From: Opitutales bacterium
GTDB taxonomy: Bacteria > Verrucomicrobiota > Verrucomicrobiia > Opitutales > JABSRG01
Direction: 5' to 3'
Length of the DNA: 64,000 nucleotides
NCBI GenBank assembly: GCA_028280845.1
Contig: JANQKZ010000032.1
Coordinates: 5,390-69,389, forward strand
A program made the translations under genes and the position numbers. Below, piece by piece: positions 1-8,842 of the stretch. Every line of letters begins with the position of its first letter. Within the stretch, counting starts at the first letter, position 1. The notes beneath the pieces were generated by a model. It had not been told where the DNA came from. It saw nothing but the letters and a program-made list of their open reading frames with translations, and made no database searches.

Positions 1-1993
1 GCGGCATGGGGCAGTCAAGAGTCACGGCCAGGGCGCGCACCAATTCCATCTCCTGTAGCGTGATCGTTCCATCTTCAGAAACAATACTCAGGCAGGTTTC
101 CAGAAATACTCTGCGCATGTGAAAGGTCGCTTGTCCAAGACGGTCCAAGGCCTGGTTTAGGCTCTCGTAATTTAACTGTTTCTCGGGAAGAAACTGGATT
201 GCACCCAAACCTGGAATGGCATGGCCCGCCTGTTCGAAGGCTTTGCGCTGCGCAACAGGATCGCGGGAGCTCTTGGAGACGACAAAGGAAAGCACAATTT
301 CGTATGATTGGGAAAGGGGAGCCACCGTTCGATACCGAATGGGCACGGTGTCCACCTCCTGGCCATCGATCCGTGGAGCTACCTGGTGATGAACCATACG
401 CTTGAGAATGAACTCCCCGAAATCCATTTGGTGATCACTCAGAATACACTGATCCAGGACTTCCGTGAAGCGGGCGTAGGTGGGCTGGTCCAATCCATAG
501 AGAGCCGGAAGCACCAACTCGAGGGCAGGCAACTTCTGCTCCGGTCGAAGAGCCCGCACCAGAGGTGCCATTCGCTGGATATGCCCGGCCACCTCCTGCG
601 ATGCCCCTATCCGCACGGCATTCATCTGCTTGACTAGAGACATGGGATCCCGGTCAAAAACCAGCGCTAGAATGACGGCTCGGGCCAAGCCGGAGTCCTC
701 CCTCGCGGCCAGAATCTCAGGAGGCATGGCCTCAATCAAAGACCGGGCATAGCCAAGTTGATCTGTCTTTACCTGCCCCGTCTGGGCCACCTGTTCTTTC
801 GGCAAACCAACCTTGAACCGGTCACGTGGAGTGGCGGACCGACTCGGGCTTCCGGCCACAGCCGCCATTCCTGCAACCGGGGCAGCGACGGGTCTAGATC
901 GCTGCGATTTCTGAGGTTTCGGCTTATCGCCAGCCGGATGGGAGACCGCCGGAAACTTTCCATCAAATTGCGGATCAATGGCCCGTATACGATCAAGAAG
1001 TGGGGGGTGCGATGCCATGGAAAAGAAGCCAGCTTCTGCTTTTCGGATATTTCCGAAAAACATATGGGCCATATTCATGGCCTTGGCGTTCGCAATCCGG
1101 CTGTGTTCAGATAGTCCACCAATTTTCTTCAGCGCGCCCACGATGCCACCTGGGTTTCTGGTAAATTGAACCGCTGAAGCGTCGGCCAGGAATTCCCGCT
1201 GGCGCGACACTGCCGACTGGATGAGTCTCCCGAAAAACACTCCGATATACCCAATGACCATGATAGCCAGAGCAGTGATCACAATCGCGATGACAATCCC
1301 ACCACTATTGCCCTTGCGATTACCGCCGCCCGACATCGTAGAAAAGCGCAATGAGTGCAACACCCCACGCCCGATGATGGCCATGACGAGGATTCCGAAG
1401 AGAACCCCGGCCAATTTAATATTCAACCGCATATCTCCGTTCAGGATGTGACTGAATTCATGGGCAATCACGCCCTGCAACTCATCCCGATCTAAGGTGT
1501 CCAGGCATCCCCGGGTCACGGCGACCGCGGCGTCATTCGGGGAAAACCCTGCCGCAAACGCATTAATCCCAAGCTCGTCCTGCAGGATATATACCTCCGG
1601 CATCGGAGTTCCCGAAGCAATGGACATTTCCTCCACCACATTGAGTAATTGCCGCTCGTTAAAGTCCTTCGTATCCGTGGATACCCGCACCCCACCTAAA
1701 CTGCGAGCTACATAGCCCCCACCCTGTCGCATCTGCATAATTTTAGATATGCTGGATACGGAAATAACGAACACTGTGACGACTCCCACAGCCAAAAACC
1801 GCTTCCAGTTCCACACGTCAAACTGGTATTGAGATCCCATAGCCTCTCTCGCCCCCTGATCGAGGGCGAAAGACCAGACCCCCGTCACAACCAAATAAAG
1901 AGCCGTGACAATCAAGATGACCGCAATAGAGAAAAAGACCACGAGAGTCTTTGTCTGGCGATGGGCCCGGTCCTGCGCTTCAAAGAAGTCCAT
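1..1993 (-). CDS. M48 family zinc metallopeptidase (HtpX-like membrane protease with long C-terminal extension); 3' end runs off the window
   Basis: Absent from the ORF track because it is open at position 1. My reverse translation from ATG (rc of 1991-1993) gives MDFFEAQDRAHRQTKTLVVFFSIAVILIV..., with TM helices and the zinc motif ...LQGVIAHEFSHILNGDMRL... A soluble tail of more than 300 aa follows, ending at the window edge with ...RRVFLETCLSIVSEDGTITLQEMELVRALAVTLDCPMP. The gene lies 20 nt downstream of lemA. Confidence 0.85.
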   Translation of the reverse strand, partial: MDFFEAQDRAHRQTKTLVVFFSIAVILIVTALYLVVTGVWSFALDQGAREAMGSQYQFDVWNWKRFLAVGVVTVFVISVSSISKIMQMRQGGGYVARSLGGVRVSTDTKDFNERQLLNVVEEMSIASGTPMPEVYILQDELGINAFAAGFSPNDAAVAVTRGCLDTLDRDELQGVIAHEFSHILNGDMRLNIKLAGVLFGILVMAIIGRGVLHSLRFSTMSGGGNRKGNSGGIVIAIVITALAIMVIGYIGVFFGRLIQSAVSRQREFLADASAVQFTRNPGGIVGALKKIGGLSEHSRIANAKAMNMAHMFFGNIRKAEAGFFSMASHPPLLDRIRAIDPQFDGKFPAVSHPAGDKPKPQKSQRSRPVAAPVAGMAAVAGSPSRSATPRDRFKVGLPKEQVAQTGQVKTDQLGYARSLIEAMPPEILAAREDSGLARAVILALVFDRDPMSLVKQMNAVRIGASQEVAGHIQRMAPLVRALRPEQKLPALELVLPALYGLDQPTYARFTEVLDQCILSDHQMDFGEFILKRMVHHQVAPRIDGQEVDTVPIRYRTVAPLSQSYEIVLSFVVSKSSRDPVAQRKAFEQAGHAIPGLGAIQFLPEKQLNYESLNQALDRLGQATFHMRRVFLETCLSIVSEDGTITLQEMELVRALAVTLDCPMP

Positions 1994-2013
1994 TCCCTGG
2001 AATGGTCCAACGA

Positions 2014-2673
2014 TCAGGAATCGAACGAAACTTGGGGAGCTTCTTTCTGCGCGGCGTCTTCCACGACAAACAAGGCGGCCTCTGCAAAATTGAAAACCCC
2101 GGCTAAAAGAGAATCCGGAAAGGACTCCCGCTTAATATTATAGGCCGTGACCGCATCGTTGTAGGCCTGACGGGCAAACGCTATTTTATTTTCCGTAGAC
2201 GTCAGCTCCTCCGTCAGCTGCATCATATTCTGGTTGGCCTTCAAGTCGGGATAGGCTTCTGCGAGTGCAAAGAACCGGCCCATCATACCAGTCAGGGCAC
2301 CCTCCGCCCCCAGCAAGGCCTTCATCGCATTGGGATCCGCCGGATTGTTTGCCACCTGCTGCCCGGCAGAGGAGGCCTGGTTGCGAGCCTGGATCACGGC
2401 CTCCAGGGTGTCTCGTTCGTGTTTCATATACCCCTTTGCCGTTTCCACCAGATTGGGGATCAGGTCGTACCGTCGCTTCAGTTGAACATCAATCTGAGCA
2501 AAGGCATTTTTGAACCGATTTCGCAGTTGGACCAACCCGTTGTAAACGGAGACACCCCAGAAAAACACGACCAGGGCGGACAGGCCCATAACCCCGAAAA
2601 TCACCAGGAGGATAAGTGAAGCACCAGACATGGGCAGCAATTTGCCACAGAGGAAAAGACGAATCCAGCCCAA
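2014..2673 (-). CDS. lemA: LemA family protein
   Basis: 219-aa ORF with an N-terminal TM helix. It carries LemA-type sequence ...YNGLVQLRNRFKNAFAQIDVQLKRRYDLIPNLVETAKGYMKHERDTLEAV... The true start may be the internal Met near 2631. Confidence 0.9.
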   Translation of the reverse strand: MGWIRLFLCGKLLPMSGASLILLVIFGVMGLSALVVFFWGVSVYNGLVQLRNRFKNAFAQIDVQLKRRYDLIPNLVETAKGYMKHERDTLEAVIQARNQASSAGQQVANNPADPNAMKALLGAEGALTGMMGRFFALAEAYPDLKANQNMMQLTEELTSTENKIAFARQAYNDAVTAYNIKRESFPDSLLAGVFNFAEAALFVVEDAAQKEAPQVSFDS

Positions 2674-2820
2674 ATGGTGAGCCGGCAGATTTCTGCAAAT
2701 CCTAGAACCGAACCCCCAAGTCGGAAACGAAGCCGAATAATTGGAGCGCTTGGAAAAATTAGGACCTCCAATGACCGACTCCAGGCCCCGGACTTCTGAC
2801 TTCCGATTCCGGGTTTCCTA

Positions 2821-3573
2821 TCAGGCGTCCCGCCTGATGAACCGGCAGCTCTGCGCGACGCTCCACTGATACTTTCGCCGATGTTCCCTTATCAGGAAGG
2901 GCATGTTATCAGTTCCTGCCAGCTTGAAGTACGGATCCATCCGCCGCACGAGAACCTCGAGGCTTTCTCCGGTTTCCGGCCTCCCCCCCAGCCAACGTGC
3001 GGGCGGGGTAAATTCACCGAGCCAGGTGAAGGGGGTGTTGATCACGAGCTGTCCGCCGGGTTTAACCAAGTCGACGCACCGATCAAGAAAGGCTTCCGGC
3101 TGGGGCAGCCTGCAGATCAGGTTGGCGGCCAGCACGGCATCAAACTGCCCGAGGTCTTCACGCAAGGCCATGGCATCTCCCTGTTCAAAATGCACCCGGT
3201 TGGGGTCCAGGCCCTCCGGCCGGCTGGCCATTCCCTTTTCCGTCAGTTCCCCTTCAACGAGATACTCATACTCCAATTCGCCTTCCCGGGCGATATGGGC
3301 CGCCGCATCGACAAAAGCATGCGAATAGTCGATCCCAATAGCTTCTCCACAAGCGAAGGCAAACTCAAAGGTCGAGCGGCCTACCGCACAGCCAATATCG
3401 AGCGCCCGGGAATCGGAATGCAAGGCCGATAAGTCGAAGCAATCGACTACACAACGCACTGGATACTGCAGGGCAGAGACGGGGCCAAATGGCCAGGTCA
3501 GGTAGCTATCCGGTTTCCCATAATGGAAGAACAGGTATTCAGAAAGGAGTTTTTGCGTTTCGTACGGATTCAT
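2821..3573 (-). CDS. Class I SAM-dependent methyltransferase (resembles stand-alone OvoA C-terminal / 4-mercaptohistidine N1-methyltransferase-like family)
   Basis: 250-aa ORF with SAM motif I ALDIGCAVGRST and post-I IGIDYS. The N-terminus YETQKLLSEYLFFHYG is typical of that family as I recall it. The family assignment was not checked by search. Confidence 0.75.
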   Translation of the reverse strand: MNPYETQKLLSEYLFFHYGKPDSYLTWPFGPVSALQYPVRCVVDCFDLSALHSDSRALDIGCAVGRSTFEFAFACGEAIGIDYSHAFVDAAAHIAREGELEYEYLVEGELTEKGMASRPEGLDPNRVHFEQGDAMALREDLGQFDAVLAANLICRLPQPEAFLDRCVDLVKPGGQLVINTPFTWLGEFTPPARWLGGRPETGESLEVLVRRMDPYFKLAGTDNMPFLIREHRRKYQWSVAQSCRFIRRDA

Positions 3574-3622
3574 AGTGGGATGGTTTGGGGTCGAAAGATT
3601 ATGGTTCAGGTACTTGCCAGGG

Positions 3623-4249
3623 TTAATGTTTCAATGTTCGATTTTCCATTTCCTTCTCCGGTGGCGGCTTCCTCACCAGGGCGTAAAGGACGCTGACCGC
3701 CGCCTTCACCACGATTTCCCCAAAGATGATTTGCACCAGCAGAAGATTTGGAAATATCCCGGCGAATGCGATCAGGTTGAAGAGGATCGAATCGAGCGGG
3801 ATACTGATCGAGTTGGATCGCAGGACGCGAAAGATCCATCGTTGGTGTAGATATCGGTGGTAAACCTCGGTGTCCGTGGATTCCGCGATGATGATGGCGA
3901 GTGTACTCGCGAGGAACACACGCCAGGAACTCTCCGCCAGCATTTCCCAGCTCTCCGCCAACCATTCCCCAAAGGCTCCACCCAGCGTCCCACGGGCCAG
4001 TTCCCCCAGGGCCGCCCCTCCGCCGAATCGAATGGAAAGGAGCAGCAACAGACTCAGGAAGGCGGCCAGAAATATGATCTTGTAAACGAACGGCCGGCCA
4101 TGCCGGTGCATGCGGTCCCGCTGGGTAAAGGTCACACCAAAGATAATAGTGCCGACAGCCACTGCCCCAAACACCGGGAAGGGGATGAACATCGTGGCGG
4201 TGAACTGTGCGCACAGGACCGCAATTGTATAGATGACTGCAGCTCGCAT
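3623..4249 (-). CDS. VUT family (YhhQ-like) queuosine-precursor transporter
   Basis: 208-aa polytopic membrane ORF. Motifs ...GVTFTQRDRMH... and ...IIAESTDTEVYH... resemble the DUF165/YhhQ family. Confidence 0.7.
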   Translation of the reverse strand: MRAAVIYTIAVLCAQFTATMFIPFPVFGAVAVGTIIFGVTFTQRDRMHRHGRPFVYKIIFLAAFLSLLLLLSIRFGGGAALGELARGTLGGAFGEWLAESWEMLAESSWRVFLASTLAIIIAESTDTEVYHRYLHQRWIFRVLRSNSISIPLDSILFNLIAFAGIFPNLLLVQIIFGEIVVKAAVSVLYALVRKPPPEKEMENRTLKH

Positions 4250-4441
4250 ACGAAGGATGGCTTGTCTACTACCGCAGGAAGCCCTAAGAATGGAAAGTGA
4301 ATTCCACCGGCAGCCCTACCTATGCCTCATCTCTACCTCCTTGACCGGACAAGCGAAAAAAAGCCTGACCCAGAACCTTTGCTCAGCCTTGCTGGAAGTT
4401 TGGGCGATCCCGCCTATCAAGACTGACACCATCCACCCATC

Positions 4442-6283
4442 TTGCGCTTCATCATAAAACAGCTTGCCCACCTGTACGCGTGGTTCAAATCCTACAACCG
4501 ATTGGATTTGTTTCCGGTTCGCCACTTTGCCAAACGATACCAGAAAGACAAGGCCGCCGCGGATCTGCGTGCCGGGTTTAATGTCGCCCTGCTCGCCTTT
4601 CCTCAGGGGATGGCCTACGCCCTGATCGCAGGCATCCCTATCCAATACGGGATTTACGGATCCGCCGTGGCCACCATCGTCGGGACGATGTTTTCCGGGT
4701 CCCGCTTCATTACGCTTGGCCCAACGAATGCCACTTCGGTCCTCCTCTTGAGCGCCTTTGCCGCCTTGAACATTGGAGGAGAAGATAAACTCATGCTCCT
4801 TCCGCTCCTAATCGGACTGGTGGGCCTCTTTCTTGTGGTGGGGGCCTACCTGGGAGTGGCCAGCCTGATTCAATACATCTCGCGAACCGTGGTGACCGGG
4901 TATATCACCGCGGCGAGCTTCCTGATCATGGCCAACCAGGTGAAAACCGCCCTGGGGTTCAGCTTCTCCGATGGCGAGCAAGCCACAAACTTTTTCGAGG
5001 TCTCCTATCTGACTCTGTCTCACATCGGGGAAACCCACTGGCCCACCGTCGTCGCCAGTATCATTGCCGCAAGCATCTATCTCGTCCTCAGGAGATTCCT
5101 GCCTACCTTCCCGAACGTTGCCCTCACCCTCATTCTCATGGCATTCGTCACGATGGGCCTGAATGCCATCGAGGGATGGAATATTGTTATGTTGGCTGGC
5201 GTGGATGCCAGCTCCTGGAAAATCACGCCCCCTCCCCTCAATGTCGAAGCCGCCGCTGCCCTCAGCAGTTCCGCCATTGCCATCGCACTGTTGGCCGTGT
5301 TGGAAGGCTCGTCGATTGGGAAATCTCTGGCCGCCCGTGCCGGTTCACGGATCGATGCCAATCAGGAGATGTTTTCCACCGGTATGGCTAACATCGGATG
5401 CGCCTTCTTCTCCGGAATGCCCGCCTCCGGCTCCCTCACACGCTCAGCCCTGGCCATCGAGAGCGGAGCCAAAACTACCTTTACCAGTTTGTTTAGCGGG
5501 TTGATGGTCGCTGCTGGGGCCTTCGCCTTGGGACCCTTCATCGCCTACATCCCCCAAGCCGCCCTGTCTGTGGTCGTTATTTTCATCGCCCTCTCCCTGC
5601 TCAACCGCCATCAGATCCGCATCGTGACCACGGCCACCATGTCCGACCGGATTACTTTTTTTGTCACCTTTTTATCCGGCATGCTCTTGGCACTGGACAC
5701 GGCCATCTATATGGGTGCGGCAACCTCCATCGCCCTTTTCCTGCGCAAGGTCTCCAAGCCCGAAATGGTGGAATATGGCTTCGACAAAGAAGGCCAGCTG
5801 ACCGAACTTCAGGATAAGACAGAGCGGTCTGACCCTGAGGTTTCAATCGTCCATGTCGAGGGTGAACTCTTTTTTGGAGCAGCCGAGCTGTTTCGCGACC
5901 AGATGCGCCGGATCGGAGAGGATCCCAACCTGAAAATCATTATCCTGAAAGTACGCAACACTTACCGCCTTGATGCGTCTGCCATTATGGCGCTGGAAGA
6001 GCTGATCCGCTACATGAACTCGAAAGGCCGTTACATCATCATCAGTGAGGCCCGCAAAGATGCCATCCGAGTCATTAAGAACTCTGGCCTGCTCGACCTC
6101 CTCGAACGGCGTAACCTGATTCCTGACGTAACGGGCAATCCCACCCTCTCCACTGCTCGCGCCCTTCGCCGGGCTAAGGAACAACTCAAAGCGATGGGCG
6201 AACAGGACGCCAAAGTCACGATTTACGTGGACGACAAAAAGGTTGCTGACGAAGGTGAGATAAAAAAAGGCAAAGAAAAGTAG
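4442..6283 (+). CDS. SulP family anion (sulfate/bicarbonate) permease with C-terminal STAS domain
   Basis: 613-aa ORF with a TTG start. It has the SulP N-terminal signature DLRAGFNVALLAFPQGMAYALIAGIP and many TM segments. The C-terminal region SIVHVEGELFFGAAELFRDQM...LKVRNTYRLDASAIMALEEL is STAS-like. Confidence 0.9.
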   Translation: MRFIIKQLAHLYAWFKSYNRLDLFPVRHFAKRYQKDKAAADLRAGFNVALLAFPQGMAYALIAGIPIQYGIYGSAVATIVGTMFSGSRFITLGPTNATSVLLLSAFAALNIGGEDKLMLLPLLIGLVGLFLVVGAYLGVASLIQYISRTVVTGYITAASFLIMANQVKTALGFSFSDGEQATNFFEVSYLTLSHIGETHWPTVVASIIAASIYLVLRRFLPTFPNVALTLILMAFVTMGLNAIEGWNIVMLAGVDASSWKITPPPLNVEAAAALSSSAIAIALLAVLEGSSIGKSLAARAGSRIDANQEMFSTGMANIGCAFFSGMPASGSLTRSALAIESGAKTTFTSLFSGLMVAAGAFALGPFIAYIPQAALSVVVIFIALSLLNRHQIRIVTTATMSDRITFFVTFLSGMLLALDTAIYMGAATSIALFLRKVSKPEMVEYGFDKEGQLTELQDKTERSDPEVSIVHVEGELFFGAAELFRDQMRRIGEDPNLKIIILKVRNTYRLDASAIMALEELIRYMNSKGRYIIISEARKDAIRVIKNSGLLDLLERRNLIPDVTGNPTLSTARALRRAKEQLKAMGEQDAKVTIYVDDKKVADEGEIKKGKEK

Positions 6284-6372
6284 CTTGAGAAGGAACCTTA
6301 GCTCCGAGGAGCGCTCCCTATCGATTATACGAAAGCAAATGGATTGGATTTGCTTGGAACACCCGCAATCAT

Positions 6373-6927
6373 ATGCCCGTTACCAGATTTCTATTGCTAA
6401 GTGCCCTGCTTATGCAGGTTCCGGTCTTCGCCGACAACCCCTGGGAATCCCTGGTCACCGAGGTGTTTAAGTCCTTTGAAGGACGCTGGGAGGGCTCATA
6501 TGAATTGCGATCGCAAGATGGCCGTATTATACAATACCTTCAAATCGAATATCAGTATTGGCTCGAGGATGGGGTGCTCAAAGGGCTCGCGGTCTTTAAT
6601 CAGGGAGATGTCCTTTCCCATTCCAAATCGAGAAGCTATCTGCAGGGAAACCGCCTGATCAGTGAGGTGGAGGAATCCGCTTCTGGGGATGTAAAGCGCT
6701 TTGTCGGCACCCTGAAGGACCAGTCCATTGTCTGGATCCCCATGGACCCCGAACTCAAGGGACACAGTAAAATCAAGGAAACCGTTGTGGTAAAACCTGA
6801 CAAAAAATTCCTTCTCGTCGAAGGCTATGAAAGCGTCACCCGGCAGGACCAGTCCACCCGTGTGCTCTTCAGCGGCCTCATGGAATTGGTAGAAAGACAA
6901 ATCAGCTCAACCACAGCCAAACACTAA
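6373..6927 (+). CDS. Secreted hypothetical protein
   Basis: 184-aa ORF with signal peptide MPVTRFLLLSALLMQVPVFA. It looks beta-rich. No family recognised. Confidence 0.6.
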   Translation: MPVTRFLLLSALLMQVPVFADNPWESLVTEVFKSFEGRWEGSYELRSQDGRIIQYLQIEYQYWLEDGVLKGLAVFNQGDVLSHSKSRSYLQGNRLISEVEESASGDVKRFVGTLKDQSIVWIPMDPELKGHSKIKETVVVKPDKKFLLVEGYESVTRQDQSTRVLFSGLMELVERQISSTTAKH

Positions 6928-7013
6928 ACACCATTCCCAACGATTTTTAGATAAGCTATTTTAGGCTAGTCACCTGTTTGTTTGTCCACTATCCTTCGGA
7001 AAACCCCGAAGTC

Positions 7014-7292
7014 ATGAAATCCCTGGTTAGAATCATCGCGCGAGCGTTGGTGGGAATTACATTCTTTGCACTCTTCTGGATTCTTTATCAGGGAGAGCCG
7101 GATATCCTCGGAGTCCTGACCCTGGCCATCGGTTTTTTAAGTTTTTATGCCTGTTTGGAATTAGCCTTCTTCTACTACGATACCAAACATCTCCCCGCCC
7201 ATGGAAAGCAGTCCGGGGTGAGTGGGATGAATATTCTCCCAGGTGAAAGTAGGCACCACCAACACCAACGGCTACATCATCACCATCATTAA
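7014..7292 (+). CDS. Small two-TM membrane protein with natural His-rich C-terminal tail
   Basis: Taken from the ATG at 7014 (the ORF track starts at TTG 6978). Two hydrophobic helices are followed by ...GESRHHQHQRLHHHHH. Confidence 0.5.
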   Translation: MKSLVRIIARALVGITFFALFWILYQGEPDILGVLTLAIGFLSFYACLELAFFYYDTKHLPAHGKQSGVSGMNILPGESRHHQHQRLHHHHH

Positions 7293-7319
7293 GCCCCCGC
7301 TGTGGAGGTGGGGGAGAGG

Positions 7320-8741
7320 TTAGGGGCTCCTAAACTGATATAGATCTTCGGATACTTTGAGTAGGGAATCAAAAACCGCACCATGTCGTAAACCAAGTGG
7401 GTTGATGAGCCCGGGCTTCTGAGTTCCATGAGGACTGGTACTCCACGAATCAATTACCCCGCAAATGTGCCACCCCACAAAACTGGGGTGAGCGAACGCC
7501 AGCTCCGCATAAGCATACATCCACGCACCCCGTTCTGCCTGATCCCGAGCCTGAGGATTTTGCGGCCTGGGCATGCGTGGATCCCCAAAGGCGCCAAAGC
7601 CGCCATCCCCATTCATGATCGGCAGTTGAGACACCCGCGCGATCCGGTCCTGCACGGATTGTTGATAGGCATCTCTGCCATAAAACTGGAAGAGGATGAC
7701 ATCCACATAATCTTTGGCTACCTCCACCATCAGGTCCAGATCGGTCGGATGGAGATTGGCATTCAATTTGTCCCCCAGGAATAGATGGTTGGGGTTGACC
7801 GCCCGGAACGCCGCCTCTGCCGTGCCATAGTACTGATGCAAGCAAAGCGCGTTGAAGGCGTTATTATCTTCAATCTCGGTTTCATTCTCGAAATCCGTAA
7901 ACTCCCTCCAGTCCACCGCCTCCAGAAGTTCCTCCCAGCTCTCAAATCCGGTTCCATAGGTCTGGTTAAACGCTTCAATGGATGAATAACGCCCCCGCAT
8001 CGTCTCGACATATTTTTGCTTTCCTGGGGCGGTTGCCGGAAGATTCCGTAGCACCATGGCCCAGGTAGGAGTCTTCCGTCCCTTAAACACAGCCTTGGCC
8101 CACCGCTCAGTCAGGACCGGGATATCGGCCATGGCGAACCCGATGATCATGGGGTCATCGATATAGGGCGCCACCTGCTCCTGGGCCGCCTGATCACAGA
8201 TCTGCCTGAACTCCGGAGCAAATACATCCACAAAGTCTTCTGGCCCTGCCCGCATATGCATGGAAAATCGAACCGGAATATACTGCTTGATGTAGGGCAG
8301 AAAAGGTGGCCGATCCAGTAAGATTCGCTCCTCGTTATGATAGCCCATCGAATTGGCCCCGATCCTATGAACCAACTCTTTGGCGTGTTCGTAAAAACTC
8401 TGGTTCCAAGCAGGGGTCCAGGCCCTCCCACCAAATTCGGTTTCCCAATGCACTTTGTTATACTCCCTCACCCACAAGCCGGAATGAAAATGGTTCAAAC
8501 CAAAGGACAAGAAAGCATGGCTGTCCGGCGTCACCAGCCACCATTGCCCTTCATGATGGATCGTTCGAAAAAAACCATGGGGTTCGAGATCGAATGCCTT
8601 CCCCTTCCAGCCTCCGTAGGCATCAAATCCAGGTTGACCTGCTTCCTCTTTGGGCAACACCTCGCCCAAACTAAAACAGCCAGCCAAACCAAAGGCGCAC
8701 AGAAACTTAAACCCATACAAGTAGCGGAGACACAAAACCAT
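7320..8741 (-). CDS. Lipoprotein, putative TIM-barrel glycoside-hydrolase-like enzyme (family not resolved)
   Basis: Long ORF with a probable start at Met 8741, giving a signal peptide plus lipobox FGLAGC. The Trp/Tyr/Asp-rich sequence has a GH42/GH50-like flavour. The functional call is weak. Confidence 0.55.
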   Translation of the reverse strand: MVLCLRYLYGFKFLCAFGLAGCFSLGEVLPKEEAGQPGFDAYGGWKGKAFDLEPHGFFRTIHHEGQWWLVTPDSHAFLSFGLNHFHSGLWVREYNKVHWETEFGGRAWTPAWNQSFYEHAKELVHRIGANSMGYHNEERILLDRPPFLPYIKQYIPVRFSMHMRAGPEDFVDVFAPEFRQICDQAAQEQVAPYIDDPMIIGFAMADIPVLTERWAKAVFKGRKTPTWAMVLRNLPATAPGKQKYVETMRGRYSSIEAFNQTYGTGFESWEELLEAVDWREFTDFENETEIEDNNAFNALCLHQYYGTAEAAFRAVNPNHLFLGDKLNANLHPTDLDLMVEVAKDYVDVILFQFYGRDAYQQSVQDRIARVSQLPIMNGDGGFGAFGDPRMPRPQNPQARDQAERGAWMYAYAELAFAHPSFVGWHICGVIDSWSTSPHGTQKPGLINPLGLRHGAVFDSLLKVSEDLYQFRSP

Positions 8742-8842
8742 AAGCCTTGAGATATAGAAGGGGCAGACCAAATTGCAACCACAGCACAACACACAAAAAA
8801 ATGGGATCGTCCAATTTTTTGTGACTTCTTGTGGCTAACCCC

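Noticed and set aside
4250-4441. Possible preQ1 riboswitch upstream of the YhhQ-like queuosine-precursor transporter
   Set aside because: I read both strands and found no preQ1-I/II/III-like core (no short stem followed by an A-rich tail with the conserved CCC/UAAAAAACUA-like elements). An Rfam scan would settle it.
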